Translations under genes and position numbers: made by a program | Notes under the pieces: model-generated | The model's input: the letters and a program-made list of their open reading frames with translations, nothing else | Told to the model about the DNA's origin: nothing | The model's database searches: none | In this document: one piece after another, positions 1 to 10,043 of the stretch | How the letters are laid out: each line of letters begins with the position of its first letter | Numbering within the stretch: position 1 is the stretch's first letter | Source of the DNA: a virus | Strand: one strand, 5' to 3' | DNA length: 64,000 nucleotides | IMG/VR virus record: IMGVR_UViG_3300034122_002094

Positions 1-900
1 CTTTTTACCCGTCAGAAAATAAACGATCCCAACCCAAAAGCCTGGCGGATTTTTAATGCGAAAGCAAAATAGCATAGAGATCTTAGATCAGAAAGCTCCG
101 CGCAAACACCAGGCGCTGCGCTTTAACCCCGTCAGAAAATTTCACTAATGAGTTCAAATAGTGGTAGAAATTTGATGACGCTAGTGTAATACCCTGGAGA
201 GGGCGAGCAGCCAAAGAGAGAGGGGGTAGTGTCGTAGAGCTGGTGAAGATAGAGGGGGAGAGGCCTGAGATGAGAGACCACTCTTATGGGCTCATCTTGA
301 GATCTTAGATTTTGGTCTAGTGAGACAAGGTGGCACAGTAAGAGTGAGACAGGATGTCACAGGATAGCTGCCAGACCTGATGGGCCAGTGGTGCTGGCAG
401 GGCTGATGGTCCAAACAGGTCTTGATCGGTTATTCATCGGTTTCAGCGAATTATAGACAAATTATGCACCTCTTTATATCACAATCACTTACAAAAAATC
501 AACTATTTATCGATCTGTTTTCGGGGTGTCCACCGTGGGAGCAAAGGTCACTTTCGATCTGGCCAGTGGCCTCTCTCGTGCTCGATCGTTCGGAAAATCC
601 CGCTGGTTTCTAGTTGACACCTCGGGCGCTGCATGATCCAGAAAGCTTCTGCACGCTATTTTTAGATTTCTAGTTGTGCCATTCTCTCGTCTGGAAGTCA
701 GACCTGTGGCATAAGAAGCCTTGAAGATTGACCAGACCTGGCGCAAAACGTAGCTCTAAAACTATTTTCAAGTTCCACTAAATAGTTCTTGACTTTTTGT
801 TAGTGATCGAGTAGTGTGATTCCACGAGCCAAAAGGTTCGGGGACAAGTCTGTGTAAAGCGCACAAGCCGTCCTCACTCATTCACCTGCCTCATACAGCA
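1..900. other. Long non-coding, compositionally distinct region with short direct repeats (possible genome end)
   Basis: No credible ORF. CCCGTCAGAAAAT at 8 and 128; GAGATCTTAGAT at 77 and 299; AGTGAGACA..TG.CACAG at 319 and 343; purine-rich tract ~195-280. Confidence 0.55.
789..817 (+). promoter_or_regulatory. sigma70-like promoter (class P)
   Basis: TTGACT-17 nt-TAGTGT with AGTG spacer box at the conserved offset. Confidence 0.7.
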
Positions 901-949
901 CCTAATACTGGGTCTGTATGTTGCGGGTGAGGTCTATGGAGTATGTGTC

Positions 950-2461
950 ATGTCTACTGTCAAGCGTGCTGGTCGTCGTATCGTTGCTCCTGTCGCTGTG
1001 TCTCCCTCTCTCCTCCATGTCAACTCTATCCCCACTACTCCTCTCCCCAGTGTTGAGGTCGAGGGCTTGTTCAAGACTGTCATGACCGAGGACAAGGAGA
1101 TCGTCGAGGTTCGTCATGTGGTGCCGGAGGTGGTGCCCATGCGTCATGGTTCGTCTCGTGGTGTCTCGTCACTGGAGCGAGTGCCTGTCGTGGGCGAGGG
1201 CGCCGATCGTGGCGCTTGGGTGTTGACGACTGACGTTCATGGTGATGTCGTGAGGGAGCGTGTGGCGGGTGGCGTTGACAAGAGCGCCTCTGCTCTCTCT
1301 GACCTCAATGGTCGCAGCGCTTCGCTGCGTGATGTTGCTGGTCGTGAGGCGACTCGTATCGTCGATGGGGCCGGGAATAAGACCGGGCGCGATGCGCTCG
1401 TGACCACTGGTGTCAAGGCTTCGCTCCTGAGCATCGAGAAGCACTCTGTGCCGAGTGACGATCCTTCTGTGCCATCGCTCAGGGCTGACGGCTTCTTGTG
1501 CTGGTTCGACCAGCCTGACAAGGTTCGTGAGAAGGTCGCGAGCGCGCTCCGCAAGGCTCGTAAGAGCATCGACCTGAGGTCATCGAGCAATGCCACAAGC
1601 TATGCTCAGAATGAGATCCTCATCGGCGATAGCATGGCTGGGATGCTGCTCAACACCATCGCTCAGAACAAGGCTGCATACTTCCAGTGTGGAGTCTTCG
1701 GCGAGCAGTGCATCGTTGCTCTGCATGGGAGCAAGCAGTTCTTCCGCTTCGGCATGAAGGTTCTGGAACGGCTCGCGGCTGCTCGGTTCGTCAATGTCGA
1801 GTTCGTCAATGCGACCTCGATCGACAAGGACATCTATGAGGCGAAGCTTGCCAAGGCGGGCGTTGGTAAGATGAAGGACCATGCTTCATCGGCCAAGAAC
1901 CTCGCTACCAGTCGCCTCAACAAGGTCGAGGCTGTCCAGGATGCGGTGGTTCGCAGGATGGACCGCAAGCGCTTGCAGGGTACGCCTCAAGAGATGATGG
2001 CTCTTGAGAACTACTGTCCTCCTGTCAATGTGCTGGCCGCCTTCTGTGACATGGCGCTCACCCACAACAGCGACAAGGTCGGTCACCATGTTGACCACAT
2101 GCTGATCGCCAAGAGCGCCATCATCTGGATGAACGATGGTCCGATCGAGCAGATGCGTGAGCTGCTCTATGAGAACGCCCGGCAGGCTATCCAGCGCCTC
2201 TCCGAGGGGGGCGGCTTCGCTGGTGTCCTGTCGATGCTTGAGCGCTGTCTTGAGAGGGCATGGCATCATCGCCACCACGGCCTCCTCGACCTGTTCGAGG
2301 ACGTCGAGAACTACTCGACGTTCGAGGCCTGTGTGGCCGAGGGTGGGCTCACCGACACGTTGATCGAGGTGTTGAAGGAGCACAAGGTCTATGCCAAGCA
2401 GGGCCACCTTGACTATCCTGTCAAGGGCGATGCGATCGATGGTGTGGAGTTCGATGACTGA
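950..2461 (+). CDS. hypothetical protein, 503 aa (first gene)
   Basis: Long ORF, GGAG RBS, downstream of promoter; no motif recognised. Confidence 0.85.
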   Translation: MSTVKRAGRRIVAPVAVSPSLLHVNSIPTTPLPSVEVEGLFKTVMTEDKEIVEVRHVVPEVVPMRHGSSRGVSSLERVPVVGEGADRGAWVLTTDVHGDVVRERVAGGVDKSASALSDLNGRSASLRDVAGREATRIVDGAGNKTGRDALVTTGVKASLLSIEKHSVPSDDPSVPSLRADGFLCWFDQPDKVREKVASALRKARKSIDLRSSSNATSYAQNEILIGDSMAGMLLNTIAQNKAAYFQCGVFGEQCIVALHGSKQFFRFGMKVLERLAAARFVNVEFVNATSIDKDIYEAKLAKAGVGKMKDHASSAKNLATSRLNKVEAVQDAVVRRMDRKRLQGTPQEMMALENYCPPVNVLAAFCDMALTHNSDKVGHHVDHMLIAKSAIIWMNDGPIEQMRELLYENARQAIQRLSEGGGFAGVLSMLERCLERAWHHRHHGLLDLFEDVENYSTFEACVAEGGLTDTLIEVLKEHKVYAKQGHLDYPVKGDAIDGVEFDD

Positions 2462-2488
2462 GTCCTGACAAAAAGTGTTCGGTAGTAC

Positions 2489-2528
2489 GTTATACAGCCG
2501 TATAGGATCTCCTATACGGCTGTATAAC
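2489..2528. repeat. 40-bp palindrome (19-bp perfect arms, 2-nt centre)
   Basis: GTTATACAGCCGTATAGGA-TC-TCCTATACGGCTGTATAAC. Confidence 0.95.
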
Positions 2529-2750
2529 TAGTGTGGGTTGCTTTATCGTTGTGCTGTGTCATACATATCAAGCAGTGGTCAAGTGACTATGTGCTTGATC
2601 TGTATAGCATCCTAGCATAACGCATCGTGCGTTGTAGTGTGAGATGAAAGTAGGTTCGGTTTGAGAGACCCGATCCAATCCAAAAACAGAGGCTGCCTAT
2701 ACGCGGATATAAGATCCGCGTGTGAGCTTTGCCCCCAATTGAGGTCTATC

Positions 2751-3491
2751 ATGAGCAACTATGGTGAGTATCGTTCGGCGAGGGAAGAAGCCAAGACGAA
2801 CGGCAACTGGGATCGTGCGTTCTGGTTGGCTATCAAGATGCCAAGGGGTGAGGAGAGAGACGCCGCGTTGCGAGACTGGTGGTTGACCGAGACCAGCGCT
2901 TATCTCTCGCCCTGCGATCTGAGGATCGAGAAGAACGGGACGAGGAGCGGAGGCTATCGTTTCGGAGCTGCTCGCAGGATCTCTCACCTCACCATGACAG
3001 ACGACTGTTGTGAGATCAGCTACCATGAGGAGCGCGTGTTTCGCGGCTCCGATGTCGAGCTGCCGAAGCTCGCTCACAAGTTTGGTCGGCTCCTCGTTGA
3101 GCGCTTGCTTGAGAGCTTCGAGGCTGAGATCAAGCAGGACATCATCCTGTGGCAGCTCCTGGACCAGTACAGAGAGTCTATCCAGTCGCCCAAGGACAGC
3201 CTGGAGAGGCGCTGGGACATCCATCTGTTGTCGAATGTCTACCTCAGGATCTCTCCCGACGACATCGACGAGCGCCAGCAGCACTCCCTTCTGGAGTCGA
3301 TCGCTTATGCGATGCTCGTCTGCCTTCTGGAGTACGACTACTATCTGGAAGGGGTCGCGCTCCACTATCAGAACGCCTACAATGCGGAGCGCCGCAGCAA
3401 GGGCGAGCAAGAATACTGGGACACAATTGAGGATGTCGGCAGTGAGTACATGACGATCATCCTTCAGGCATACAAGCAGACTCTGCGCTAA
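2751..3491 (+). CDS. hypothetical protein, paralog of 3523
   Basis: GAGG RBS; shares NYGEYRSAREEA..N.NW..MP.G.ERDAALRDWW with the next gene. Confidence 0.85.
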   Translation: MSNYGEYRSAREEAKTNGNWDRAFWLAIKMPRGEERDAALRDWWLTETSAYLSPCDLRIEKNGTRSGGYRFGAARRISHLTMTDDCCEISYHEERVFRGSDVELPKLAHKFGRLLVERLLESFEAEIKQDIILWQLLDQYRESIQSPKDSLERRWDIHLLSNVYLRISPDDIDERQQHSLLESIAYAMLVCLLEYDYYLEGVALHYQNAYNAERRSKGEQEYWDTIEDVGSEYMTIILQAYKQTLR

Positions 3492-3522
3492 TCAACAACA
3501 CTATAACCCACAGGAGCATATC

Positions 3523-4203
3523 ATGAACTACGGTGAGTATCGTTCGGCGAGAGAAGAGGCCTTCATCAGCAACAACTGGAGAGAACCGCTGCGCATCCTC
3601 AAGCAGATGCCAGTAGGCGATGAGCGCGACGCAGCGCTGCGTGACTGGTGGATCAATGTTGACATCGACAGCCTCTTGAAGGCAGGCGTACAGTGGATCA
3701 GCGCTTTTGACTCGTATCCTACGGTCGATGCCGCTCGTCACGTCGCGTGGCGATGGGAGATCGGTCAGTGGCACCTGATGATCCTGTCGTATCGTGATAT
3801 GGACCTTGAGAAGATGTCGCATCGTTGGTGCGAGGAGATCATCGAGGAGGCGCTTGTTCAGTATAATGCGGACATTGCTCTGGCAGCGCCCCAAGTGTTT
3901 GACCTGATCGCACAGTACAGGCTTGCGATCAAGACTGAGCCTCGTAGCAAGGAGATGCTCGCTTGCAAGCAAGCCTTGAGAGCGGCCACTCTCAGTCAAC
4001 GCTGGTGGCCCTGGGTTAACAAGCTGCTGATGGCGATGTCAGCGAGGGTGGATCTGGAGATCGGGATTCAGAAAGCAGTGCAGGGGTTCCTCGCTTCTGC
4101 TCGTAACAACTTCTCGTCTCATGACTATGAGGAGACCTACCAGCAATACAACGACAGGTTCACAAAGAAGGTCCTCGTGGCCTACAAGGATACAGTGAAA
4201 TAA
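3523..4203 (+). CDS. hypothetical protein, paralog of 2751
   Basis: AGGAG RBS; shared N-terminus and similar C-terminus (AYKQTLR/AYKDTVK). Confidence 0.85.
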   Translation: MNYGEYRSAREEAFISNNWREPLRILKQMPVGDERDAALRDWWINVDIDSLLKAGVQWISAFDSYPTVDAARHVAWRWEIGQWHLMILSYRDMDLEKMSHRWCEEIIEEALVQYNADIALAAPQVFDLIAQYRLAIKTEPRSKEMLACKQALRAATLSQRWWPWVNKLLMAMSARVDLEIGIQKAVQGFLASARNNFSSHDYEETYQQYNDRFTKKVLVAYKDTVK

Positions 4204-4264
4204 TCGTCAGGCAAGCGGCATCATGACAGGCAGTCGTGGTGTCGCTCGCATCGCTGATGATGCG
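4201..4264 (+). repeat. class A intergenic hairpin element, copy 1
   Basis: ATCGTCAG/CTGATGAT lower stem, 14-bp GU-containing upper stem, CGCATC-N6-GATGCG. Confidence 0.9.
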
Positions 4265-4295
4265 GTATCTCAACTCTCAACTCAAGGAGTCTATC

Positions 4296-5432
4296 ATGAT
4301 CAATCTCAATGAAATGTCAGTAGAAAACATCAATCAGATCAAGCTGTTGGCCAAGATCTATGACACAAAGTCAGACGACGCTCAGCCGATTATCAACATG
4401 TTCCTTGACATGTTCGGTCGGGACTACTTGATCGAGGACCACTTCGAGCTGTGCTGGTGGCTGTTTCATCTGGAGCACGCGGAGCACAGAGATGCTCTTG
4501 ACATTATCACCAACATCTACAACGAGAAGAAGCACCGAGCGTGGGGATCGCTATTTGCGCCCACTGAAAACCTGATCGAGCTGCCTCAGTTCATCGGCGA
4601 TGCTTACAGTGCTGCTGATGTCGAGAGCTTCCTGATGACAGCTTCAAAGCTCGGGCATCGCTTCTTTGATCATCCCTCACTGCCGAAGCTGCGCAGATCT
4701 ATCATCCTCGACTTCGATGACGAGCAGGCGCAGAGGATCAACTACTTCTCGGCAGGGCACCATCTACCGCTGCGCTACTGTGGAGCAGGCATCCTCGTGC
4801 CTCACGTCAGAGACTATATGCCGTGGACCCTCATGCCAAAGCAGAATGTCCACAGGGCCATCCTGGACGTCAACGTCGCTGAGATCAACCAAGATCCGCT
4901 GGTTGATGAAGGTGACTCGGTCAGTCAGGCTGTCCATGATATGGACTGTTTGTGTGACATGGAGTTTCGTGATGGTCGCGTCGACAGTCGCAAGAGTGCT
5001 GTGATCGACCATCGACTCGCCGCTCTGGCTGAGAAGTTCTTTCCCCATCGCGATCCTTATGACGTGATGGTGCGCATCTCCCCGATCACTGATGGTGCTG
5101 TGTCGAAGACCTACCGCTCAAAGAGCATGAAGCTGACCTTCAGTCACAAGGAGGACCGTGTCAGGATCTCTTCTCGCTACTATGTAGCAGAGGGTAACGA
5201 TGACCCGATCTCTTATGCGAAGGTCATGGCCAGGGTTCGGCTGTGGGCTGCCGAGGACGGCGCAAACAACGTCGTGATGTCCGGCGTCGACACACATGCC
5301 GAGTTCACTGTCTGGCCCTCTGTGCAAACTCAAGAGCCTTTTGACTATTTTGACACGCTCTTGGAGTCAGGCGCGACTGTCTGTCTTCGTCAAATCGTCC
5401 CGCGTCTCACGCTCAGGCGTTATCCTGTCTGA
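4296..5432 (+). CDS. hypothetical protein, paralog of 7008
   Basis: AAGGAG RBS; GR.Y.IEDH, KKHRAWG and LP.FIGD shared with 7008. Confidence 0.85.
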   Translation: MINLNEMSVENINQIKLLAKIYDTKSDDAQPIINMFLDMFGRDYLIEDHFELCWWLFHLEHAEHRDALDIITNIYNEKKHRAWGSLFAPTENLIELPQFIGDAYSAADVESFLMTASKLGHRFFDHPSLPKLRRSIILDFDDEQAQRINYFSAGHHLPLRYCGAGILVPHVRDYMPWTLMPKQNVHRAILDVNVAEINQDPLVDEGDSVSQAVHDMDCLCDMEFRDGRVDSRKSAVIDHRLAALAEKFFPHRDPYDVMVRISPITDGAVSKTYRSKSMKLTFSHKEDRVRISSRYYVAEGNDDPISYAKVMARVRLWAAEDGANNVVMSGVDTHAEFTVWPSVQTQEPFDYFDTLLESGATVCLRQIVPRLTLRRYPV

Positions 5433-5493
5433 TCGTCAGGCAAGTGGTATCATCCACTCATGTGGTGGTATCACTCGCATCGCTGATGATGCG
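5430..5493 (+). repeat. class A intergenic hairpin element, copy 2
   Basis: Same flanks; upper stem AGTGGTATCA/TGGTATCACT plus CCAC/GTGG. Confidence 0.9.
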
Positions 5494-5509
5494 TTCACAG
5501 GAGTCTCAA

Positions 5510-6130
5510 ATGTCCGCCGATAACAACACCGTCGCTCCCATTGCCCGCCCGACTCCCTACTACACCCACAGCACCAACTCCTCGCGCAACGAGGAGACTG
5601 GCCACAACACCGACATCCGATTCGGCAAGCAGATCGGTCCTCGCTACATCGATCTCCAGCTCTACCGTCGAAACGGCGGCACCGAGCTGTATGTGAGCAG
5701 CTATGTCAGCTACGATGCGATGGTGGTGCTCAACGCTCCGAGCATCCACGCCAGCAAGTGGCACCTCTATGACAGCATGGACCAGCAGCGATGCAAGGCC
5801 TATGGCATCAAGGGCAGCCAGTTTGAGGATCTGGTGGCTGCGATCAAGGAGGAGATCCCCGAGGATGTTGCGGACGTGTGGCAGGAGGTGATGTACCTCG
5901 TCTGCCTCATCACTGAGGAGCCGCTCTATAACCTCATCTCGCCGCATCGCGAGAACGCCTACAACAGCCACAAGAAGGCGATCTTCGGGCCGTGGGGCGC
6001 CGAGTACAAGCCCTTTGTACCCGTCAAGCCGGACATGGGTGATCTGTCGCCGATCCAGTGGTTGCAGCGCAACTGGTGGATCGATGGTGTTGGTCGTGTC
6101 TGCGTCGGCGATGGCCCCTGCTACTTCTGA
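5510..6130 (+). CDS. hypothetical protein
   Basis: AGGAG RBS after class A element. Confidence 0.85.
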   Translation: MSADNNTVAPIARPTPYYTHSTNSSRNEETGHNTDIRFGKQIGPRYIDLQLYRRNGGTELYVSSYVSYDAMVVLNAPSIHASKWHLYDSMDQQRCKAYGIKGSQFEDLVAAIKEEIPEDVADVWQEVMYLVCLITEEPLYNLISPHRENAYNSHKKAIFGPWGAEYKPFVPVKPDMGDLSPIQWLQRNWWIDGVGRVCVGDGPCYF

Positions 6131-6145
6131 TCTGGAGGCCGACTC

Positions 6146-6188
6146 GGCATCACAAGATGCGCATTTTTCGTGTGCGTTTTGTGGTGCT
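6146..6188 (+). other. 18-bp GU-rich RNA hairpin (terminator or processing site)
   Basis: GGCATCACAAGATGCGCA pairs with TGTGCGTTTTGTGGTGCT using G-U pairs; T tract shortly after. Confidence 0.65.
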
Positions 6189-6271
6189 GTGTCGCGCGTT
6201 TTTCAGGAACGTGTCGATCTGGTCCAGTCAAGTCTTACTGGTCCAGAAATTTTAGTGCATCAACCCAAAAG
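6189..6271 (+). repeat. class B intergenic element
   Basis: GTGTCG-N3-GTTTTTCAGG ... AAATTTT ... AACCCAAAAG; alignable with 14730 and 32340. Confidence 0.65.
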
Positions 6272-6286
6272 CCTCAAGGAACTCTT

Positions 6287-6979
6287 ATGGAGCCCAACAA
6301 ACTCAAAATCGCGAGCATGAACACCGCCATTGAACAGGCGCGGCTTATCCGGGAAGACATGCTCCGCAACCCCAGACCACACCAGGATCTCAGCAAGAGA
6401 GTCGACTGGAAGGTCGTCGCTCGCGCATGTGTGACAGACACTCGCGGGTCTTCCCTTCTGAGGATCGACTCTTGGCGCTACTTCGATAACAAGTCGATGG
6501 GAATTGACAAGACAGATGCTGATCAAGCGCCAGAGATCTTCAAGATCGTCTCGGGTATCCTTGCCCCGCAAGGTATCCGTTGGGATAAGCGCTCTTATTA
6601 TAAAGTGAAACAGATTGACTATGAGACACCTGACATCAGATGGGTGATCCCTGACCGCTTCTCAGAAGACGGTCTCATCGGCGCCATGCGGTTGTTCTGG
6701 CCTGTCGAGGTTGAGACAGCTTGGCGAGAGCGTTATGCTCTCTGCTACAACACCATCAGAAAGACCACCATTGGAGCTGAAGCCTACCAATTGGCCCAGT
6801 ATCTGATCGGCAATGCTCACGACTGGCGCTACAACTCGGAGGACCCCTATCCTGGCATCCCGACGCAATGCGTGAGCATCGCTGAGAAGATCCACGAGTG
6901 CAACAGAAACTACTGGACGCATACGCGCGGCGCTCGCAGCGGTCGCAAGCTCATCTCCGAACTCAAGAAGATCATCTGA
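6287..6979 (+). CDS. hypothetical protein
   Basis: AAGGA RBS. Confidence 0.8.
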   Translation: MEPNKLKIASMNTAIEQARLIREDMLRNPRPHQDLSKRVDWKVVARACVTDTRGSSLLRIDSWRYFDNKSMGIDKTDADQAPEIFKIVSGILAPQGIRWDKRSYYKVKQIDYETPDIRWVIPDRFSEDGLIGAMRLFWPVEVETAWRERYALCYNTIRKTTIGAEAYQLAQYLIGNAHDWRYNSEDPYPGIPTQCVSIAEKIHECNRNYWTHTRGARSGRKLISELKKII

Positions 6980-7007
6980 TCTGTCAACAGCCTCATAAGG
7001 AAGCATC

Positions 7008-8114
7008 ATGGTCACGTTCAATGCACCAAACATCGCAGAAGAGTACATCCGCCGCTGGGGCCGCGAGTATCGCATCGAAGATCATCTCTCGATCTCAAAG
7101 TTCATGTTCCTCATGGAGGAGCACAAGGACAAAGAGGTCGTAGCCGAAGTTGTGGCGATGCTCACGAACATGGTCCTCGACAAGAAGCATCGCGCTTGGG
7201 GGCCGCTCTATGGCAAGACAACTGCTGTCGAGCAACTACCTCCTTTCATCGGCGACATGAATGATCCGGCTCAAGTTCAGGATCTGCTCGACAAGGTCGT
7301 CGCCTTCTGTAAGCCCTACAAGAAGCCTTTTGCGGTCGAGGACATCGCAGACGAGATCCTCTATGGTGACAAGCCCATCTCTGAGCGCGAGAACACACTA
7401 GTCCATGCGCTCGCTCGCCTCACAGAAGATCAGTCTCGTCGGATCAACTGCTTGTCAGCAGAGTATCGAGAGGGGCTGTGCTACGGCGCTGTCGGCTTCT
7501 TTCAGTTTGACCACAAGGCGCCTCTCAAGCGTCGCTTCGTCAGAAGCACCAGTCCAGCGATGCTCAGTCTGGCTCAGGTCGAGAAGGTATCAATCTCGGA
7601 TAAGCCGACAGATGAGCAGAACACCAACGCCAAGATCGTCCTCCAGTTCTTCATGGAGCACAGCGAATCGGTCGAGAGCATGATCGACAACACTCATGAC
7701 TACACTGTGCTCACAGGTTCAGCGCTTGTTGAGCAGATCTGTAACGCAATCTCTCATGCAAGAGGTAGAGGTCCGCTGCCGATCTCGCCGGTCAATGGAT
7801 GGATGCTTGACCAGCACACCATCATTGAGCACAGCATGGTCACTATCCTGGCTGGCGGTGATGGCTCTCAGCAGATGACCTCTCTTTGCTCCATGTACAA
7901 AGGCCCGAGCGTGTCATCGATCTGCGGCTTGGAGTTTGAGCTCTTGGAGTATGACGGCAGCAGCTCAGACATCGCGACCCAGCTACGCATGGATCATGTC
8001 ATCGCAAGCTATCAGACCAAGAGCATCACCACCAAAGCTGCTGATACAGCGATGGCAGCGAAGCTCATGTGTCTGCCAGCGCCGGATCTCAACGCCTCAA
8101 AGAGCGATCGCTAA
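7008..8114 (+). CDS. hypothetical protein, paralog of 4296
   Basis: TAAGGA RBS; shared motifs with 4296. Confidence 0.85.
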   Translation: MVTFNAPNIAEEYIRRWGREYRIEDHLSISKFMFLMEEHKDKEVVAEVVAMLTNMVLDKKHRAWGPLYGKTTAVEQLPPFIGDMNDPAQVQDLLDKVVAFCKPYKKPFAVEDIADEILYGDKPISERENTLVHALARLTEDQSRRINCLSAEYREGLCYGAVGFFQFDHKAPLKRRFVRSTSPAMLSLAQVEKVSISDKPTDEQNTNAKIVLQFFMEHSESVESMIDNTHDYTVLTGSALVEQICNAISHARGRGPLPISPVNGWMLDQHTIIEHSMVTILAGGDGSQQMTSLCSMYKGPSVSSICGLEFELLEYDGSSSDIATQLRMDHVIASYQTKSITTKAADTAMAAKLMCLPAPDLNASKSDR

Positions 8115-8121
8115 AATATCG

Positions 8122-8150
8122 TTGCATCAAATTTAATGATGCAGCATGAA
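8122..8150 (+). promoter_or_regulatory. class P promoter
   Basis: CTAAAATATCG-TTGCAT-17-CATGAA, then GGAATGGT..ACCATTCC hairpin. Confidence 0.7.
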
Positions 8151-8207
8151 GGAATGGTGCAGCGCTCGCTGCGCGGAACCATTCCACTCTACATGGAAGA
8201 CGTCATC

Positions 8208-8552
8208 ATGAATCTGACCAAGCTCTCTCAAGACATGTCTCGCGATCGCATCTACGACCGCATGGGCCGGACCCAGTTCTCTGGCACACTCCCCTACTCG
8301 AAGGGACACGATGATGCGCGCCGCCGTATGGCTGTCATCATCCAGACCCGCAAGCTTGCGAGAAAGCTTGATGCGGTGGCTCGCAAGACCGCTGACATCC
8401 GAGCTCGCTCGCTCAACGACAGAAGCTATGCCAAGCAGCTCTTGGAGCTGGAGCGCACCATGTCCGTTCTGCAAGAGAAGATGTGGGCGGTGCGCAGTCA
8501 CTACACCTGCCGCGAGAACAGAGGCCGTCGCTCTCGCAAGAGCGATCGCTAA
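8208..8552 (+). CDS. hypothetical basic protein
   Basis: ORF between two class P promoters. Confidence 0.7.
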   Translation: MNLTKLSQDMSRDRIYDRMGRTQFSGTLPYSKGHDDARRRMAVIIQTRKLARKLDAVARKTADIRARSLNDRSYAKQLLELERTMSVLQEKMWAVRSHYTCRENRGRRSRKSDR

Positions 8553-8559
8553 AATATCG

Positions 8560-8588
8560 TTGCAACAAAATTAGTGATGCCCTATAAA
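8560..8588 (+). promoter_or_regulatory. class P promoter
   Basis: CTAAAATATCG-TTGCAA-17(TAGTG)-TATAAA. Confidence 0.85.
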
Positions 8589-8640
8589 AAAATGGTGCCG
8601 CAACCCATGCCGCAAGGCAAAACAACAAATGGAGAATCCG

Positions 8641-8988
8641 ATGCCCCTCTCTATCGTCATGCCTCTGCTTGAGAACTGCTCCGACTATCAGTGCCACTGT
8701 GTCAAGACATGCGAGCCAGGCTCAGCTCTCGCTCTGTGCTTCGCTCGCAATCGCACGACCATGCTTCGGCGAGAGCTGGCATGGGCCGAACAAGCGGAGG
8801 CCCGCGCTGCTCGTCTGGCATCTGCTGAGACTGTGCTCGGTCACTATGCCCGAGGCTACAACGGATCTGATTTTTATGAGGGTTACATCCTCGGCTATGA
8901 TGGTGAGTCAGACGAGTATGAGCTGACGCAAGAGGACGACAGCTCTATCTGGATCGAAGCCAAGACGATGATTCTTCAGATCAACTGA
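8641..8988 (+). CDS. hypothetical protein
   Basis: GGAG RBS. Confidence 0.75.
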   Translation: MPLSIVMPLLENCSDYQCHCVKTCEPGSALALCFARNRTTMLRRELAWAEQAEARAARLASAETVLGHYARGYNGSDFYEGYILGYDGESDEYELTQEDDSSIWIEAKTMILQIN

Positions 8989-9051
8989 TCGTCAGGCAAG
9001 CGGCATCATCACTCTAGCTGTGGTGGTGTCGCTCGTATCGCTGATGATACG
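8986..9051 (+). repeat. class A intergenic hairpin element, copy 3
   Basis: Same flanks; CGTATC-N6-GATACG variant. Confidence 0.9.
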
Positions 9052-9067
9052 CTAACAGGAGTCCATC

Positions 9068-9412
9068 ATGCCCCTCAAGCAGTTCACTGTGTCTGGTCTC
9101 AACACTGACATCGCTTCGCGCGACGGCATCTATCGTCTCGCTGAGCGTGGCGACGCCAACGATCAGGGCCTCACCTTCGAGGAGTGGGCGTGCGCTGTCT
9201 GCTGCGATATGCAGTTTGACCGCAGCAACACCGCCTACAACTCTATGCTGCTCAAGCTCCGCTATGGCGGTGAGCTTTATAAGCGTTCTGAGCAGCTCTT
9301 TGGCATGGCCTCTGAGGCTGTCCGCAAGATCCTCCTGCACGAGTGGTATGAGGGCGTTGATCCCTCCGAGCTGCGCGTCAAGTTCTCCAAGATCAATAGC
9401 GAGGTGGCATGA
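9068..9412 (+). CDS. hypothetical protein
   Basis: AGGAG RBS. Confidence 0.8.
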   Translation: MPLKQFTVSGLNTDIASRDGIYRLAERGDANDQGLTFEEWACAVCCDMQFDRSNTAYNSMLLKLRYGGELYKRSEQLFGMASEAVRKILLHEWYEGVDPSELRVKFSKINSEVA

Positions 9413-9609
9413 TGAACAAGCATCAGCATGTCTTCAAGAGCGAGAAGCCTTCCTGCCCCTGCTGTGGCGAGTCACTCTCCCTCGTGGCGGCCAACATCGA
9501 CGGCGTGACCTTCACGCTCGGCTGCATCAACTGCAACCCTGAGTCTGACTGGGATCAGGTCGAGGCCCAGATCGCTGCGGCTGTGGCTGTCTGTTCGGGG
9601 AGGGACTGA
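9409..9609 (+). CDS. small zinc-ribbon-like protein
   Basis: CPCC..CINC; coupled start. Confidence 0.7.
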   Translation: MMNKHQHVFKSEKPSCPCCGESLSLVAANIDGVTFTLGCINCNPESDWDQVEAQIAAAVAVCSGRD

Positions 9610-10043
9610 TGTACTACATGCCCCACTTCTGCCTCGGTATGCGCTGGAAGCTGTTCGATATTGCTCGGCAGCTCCCAGATCATACCAAGCATGGCCTGTC
9701 TATCTCAGAGGCGATCTTCACATGGCCGATCGGCTATGTGCTGGGTGATGAGCGCACAGGTGAGATGCGCTTTCACTTCGACGGTCCTCATCTGCGGATC
9801 GTCAACACCCTCACTCGCAAGGAGATCATCGTCGAGAAGGTCAAGGTATCTGACTTTGTTGATCTCGGCCATACGCTGCTAAGTCGTCATGGTCTCTCTG
9901 ATCACGAAGAGAAGATGATCGGCATCGTTGATCGCGCTTTGCAGGATACCTACTGGGATAACATCAAGGATTATCTCAAGTGGAGCAAAGACTTTTACTC
10001 AAAAGGTCGGCTTGAACAGCAAGGCTACGAGTTCGCATACTGA
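9609..10043 (+). CDS. hypothetical protein
   Basis: TGATG coupling. Confidence 0.8.
   Translation: MYYMPHFCLGMRWKLFDIARQLPDHTKHGLSISEAIFTWPIGYVLGDERTGEMRFHFDGPHLRIVNTLTRKEIIVEKVKVSDFVDLGHTLLSRHGLSDHEEKMIGIVDRALQDTYWDNIKDYLKWSKDFYSKGRLEQQGYEFAY

Noticed and set aside
2489-2528. Protelomerase tel site
   Set aside because: The centre is asymmetric (TC) and no protelomerase is visible; kept only as an untested possibility.
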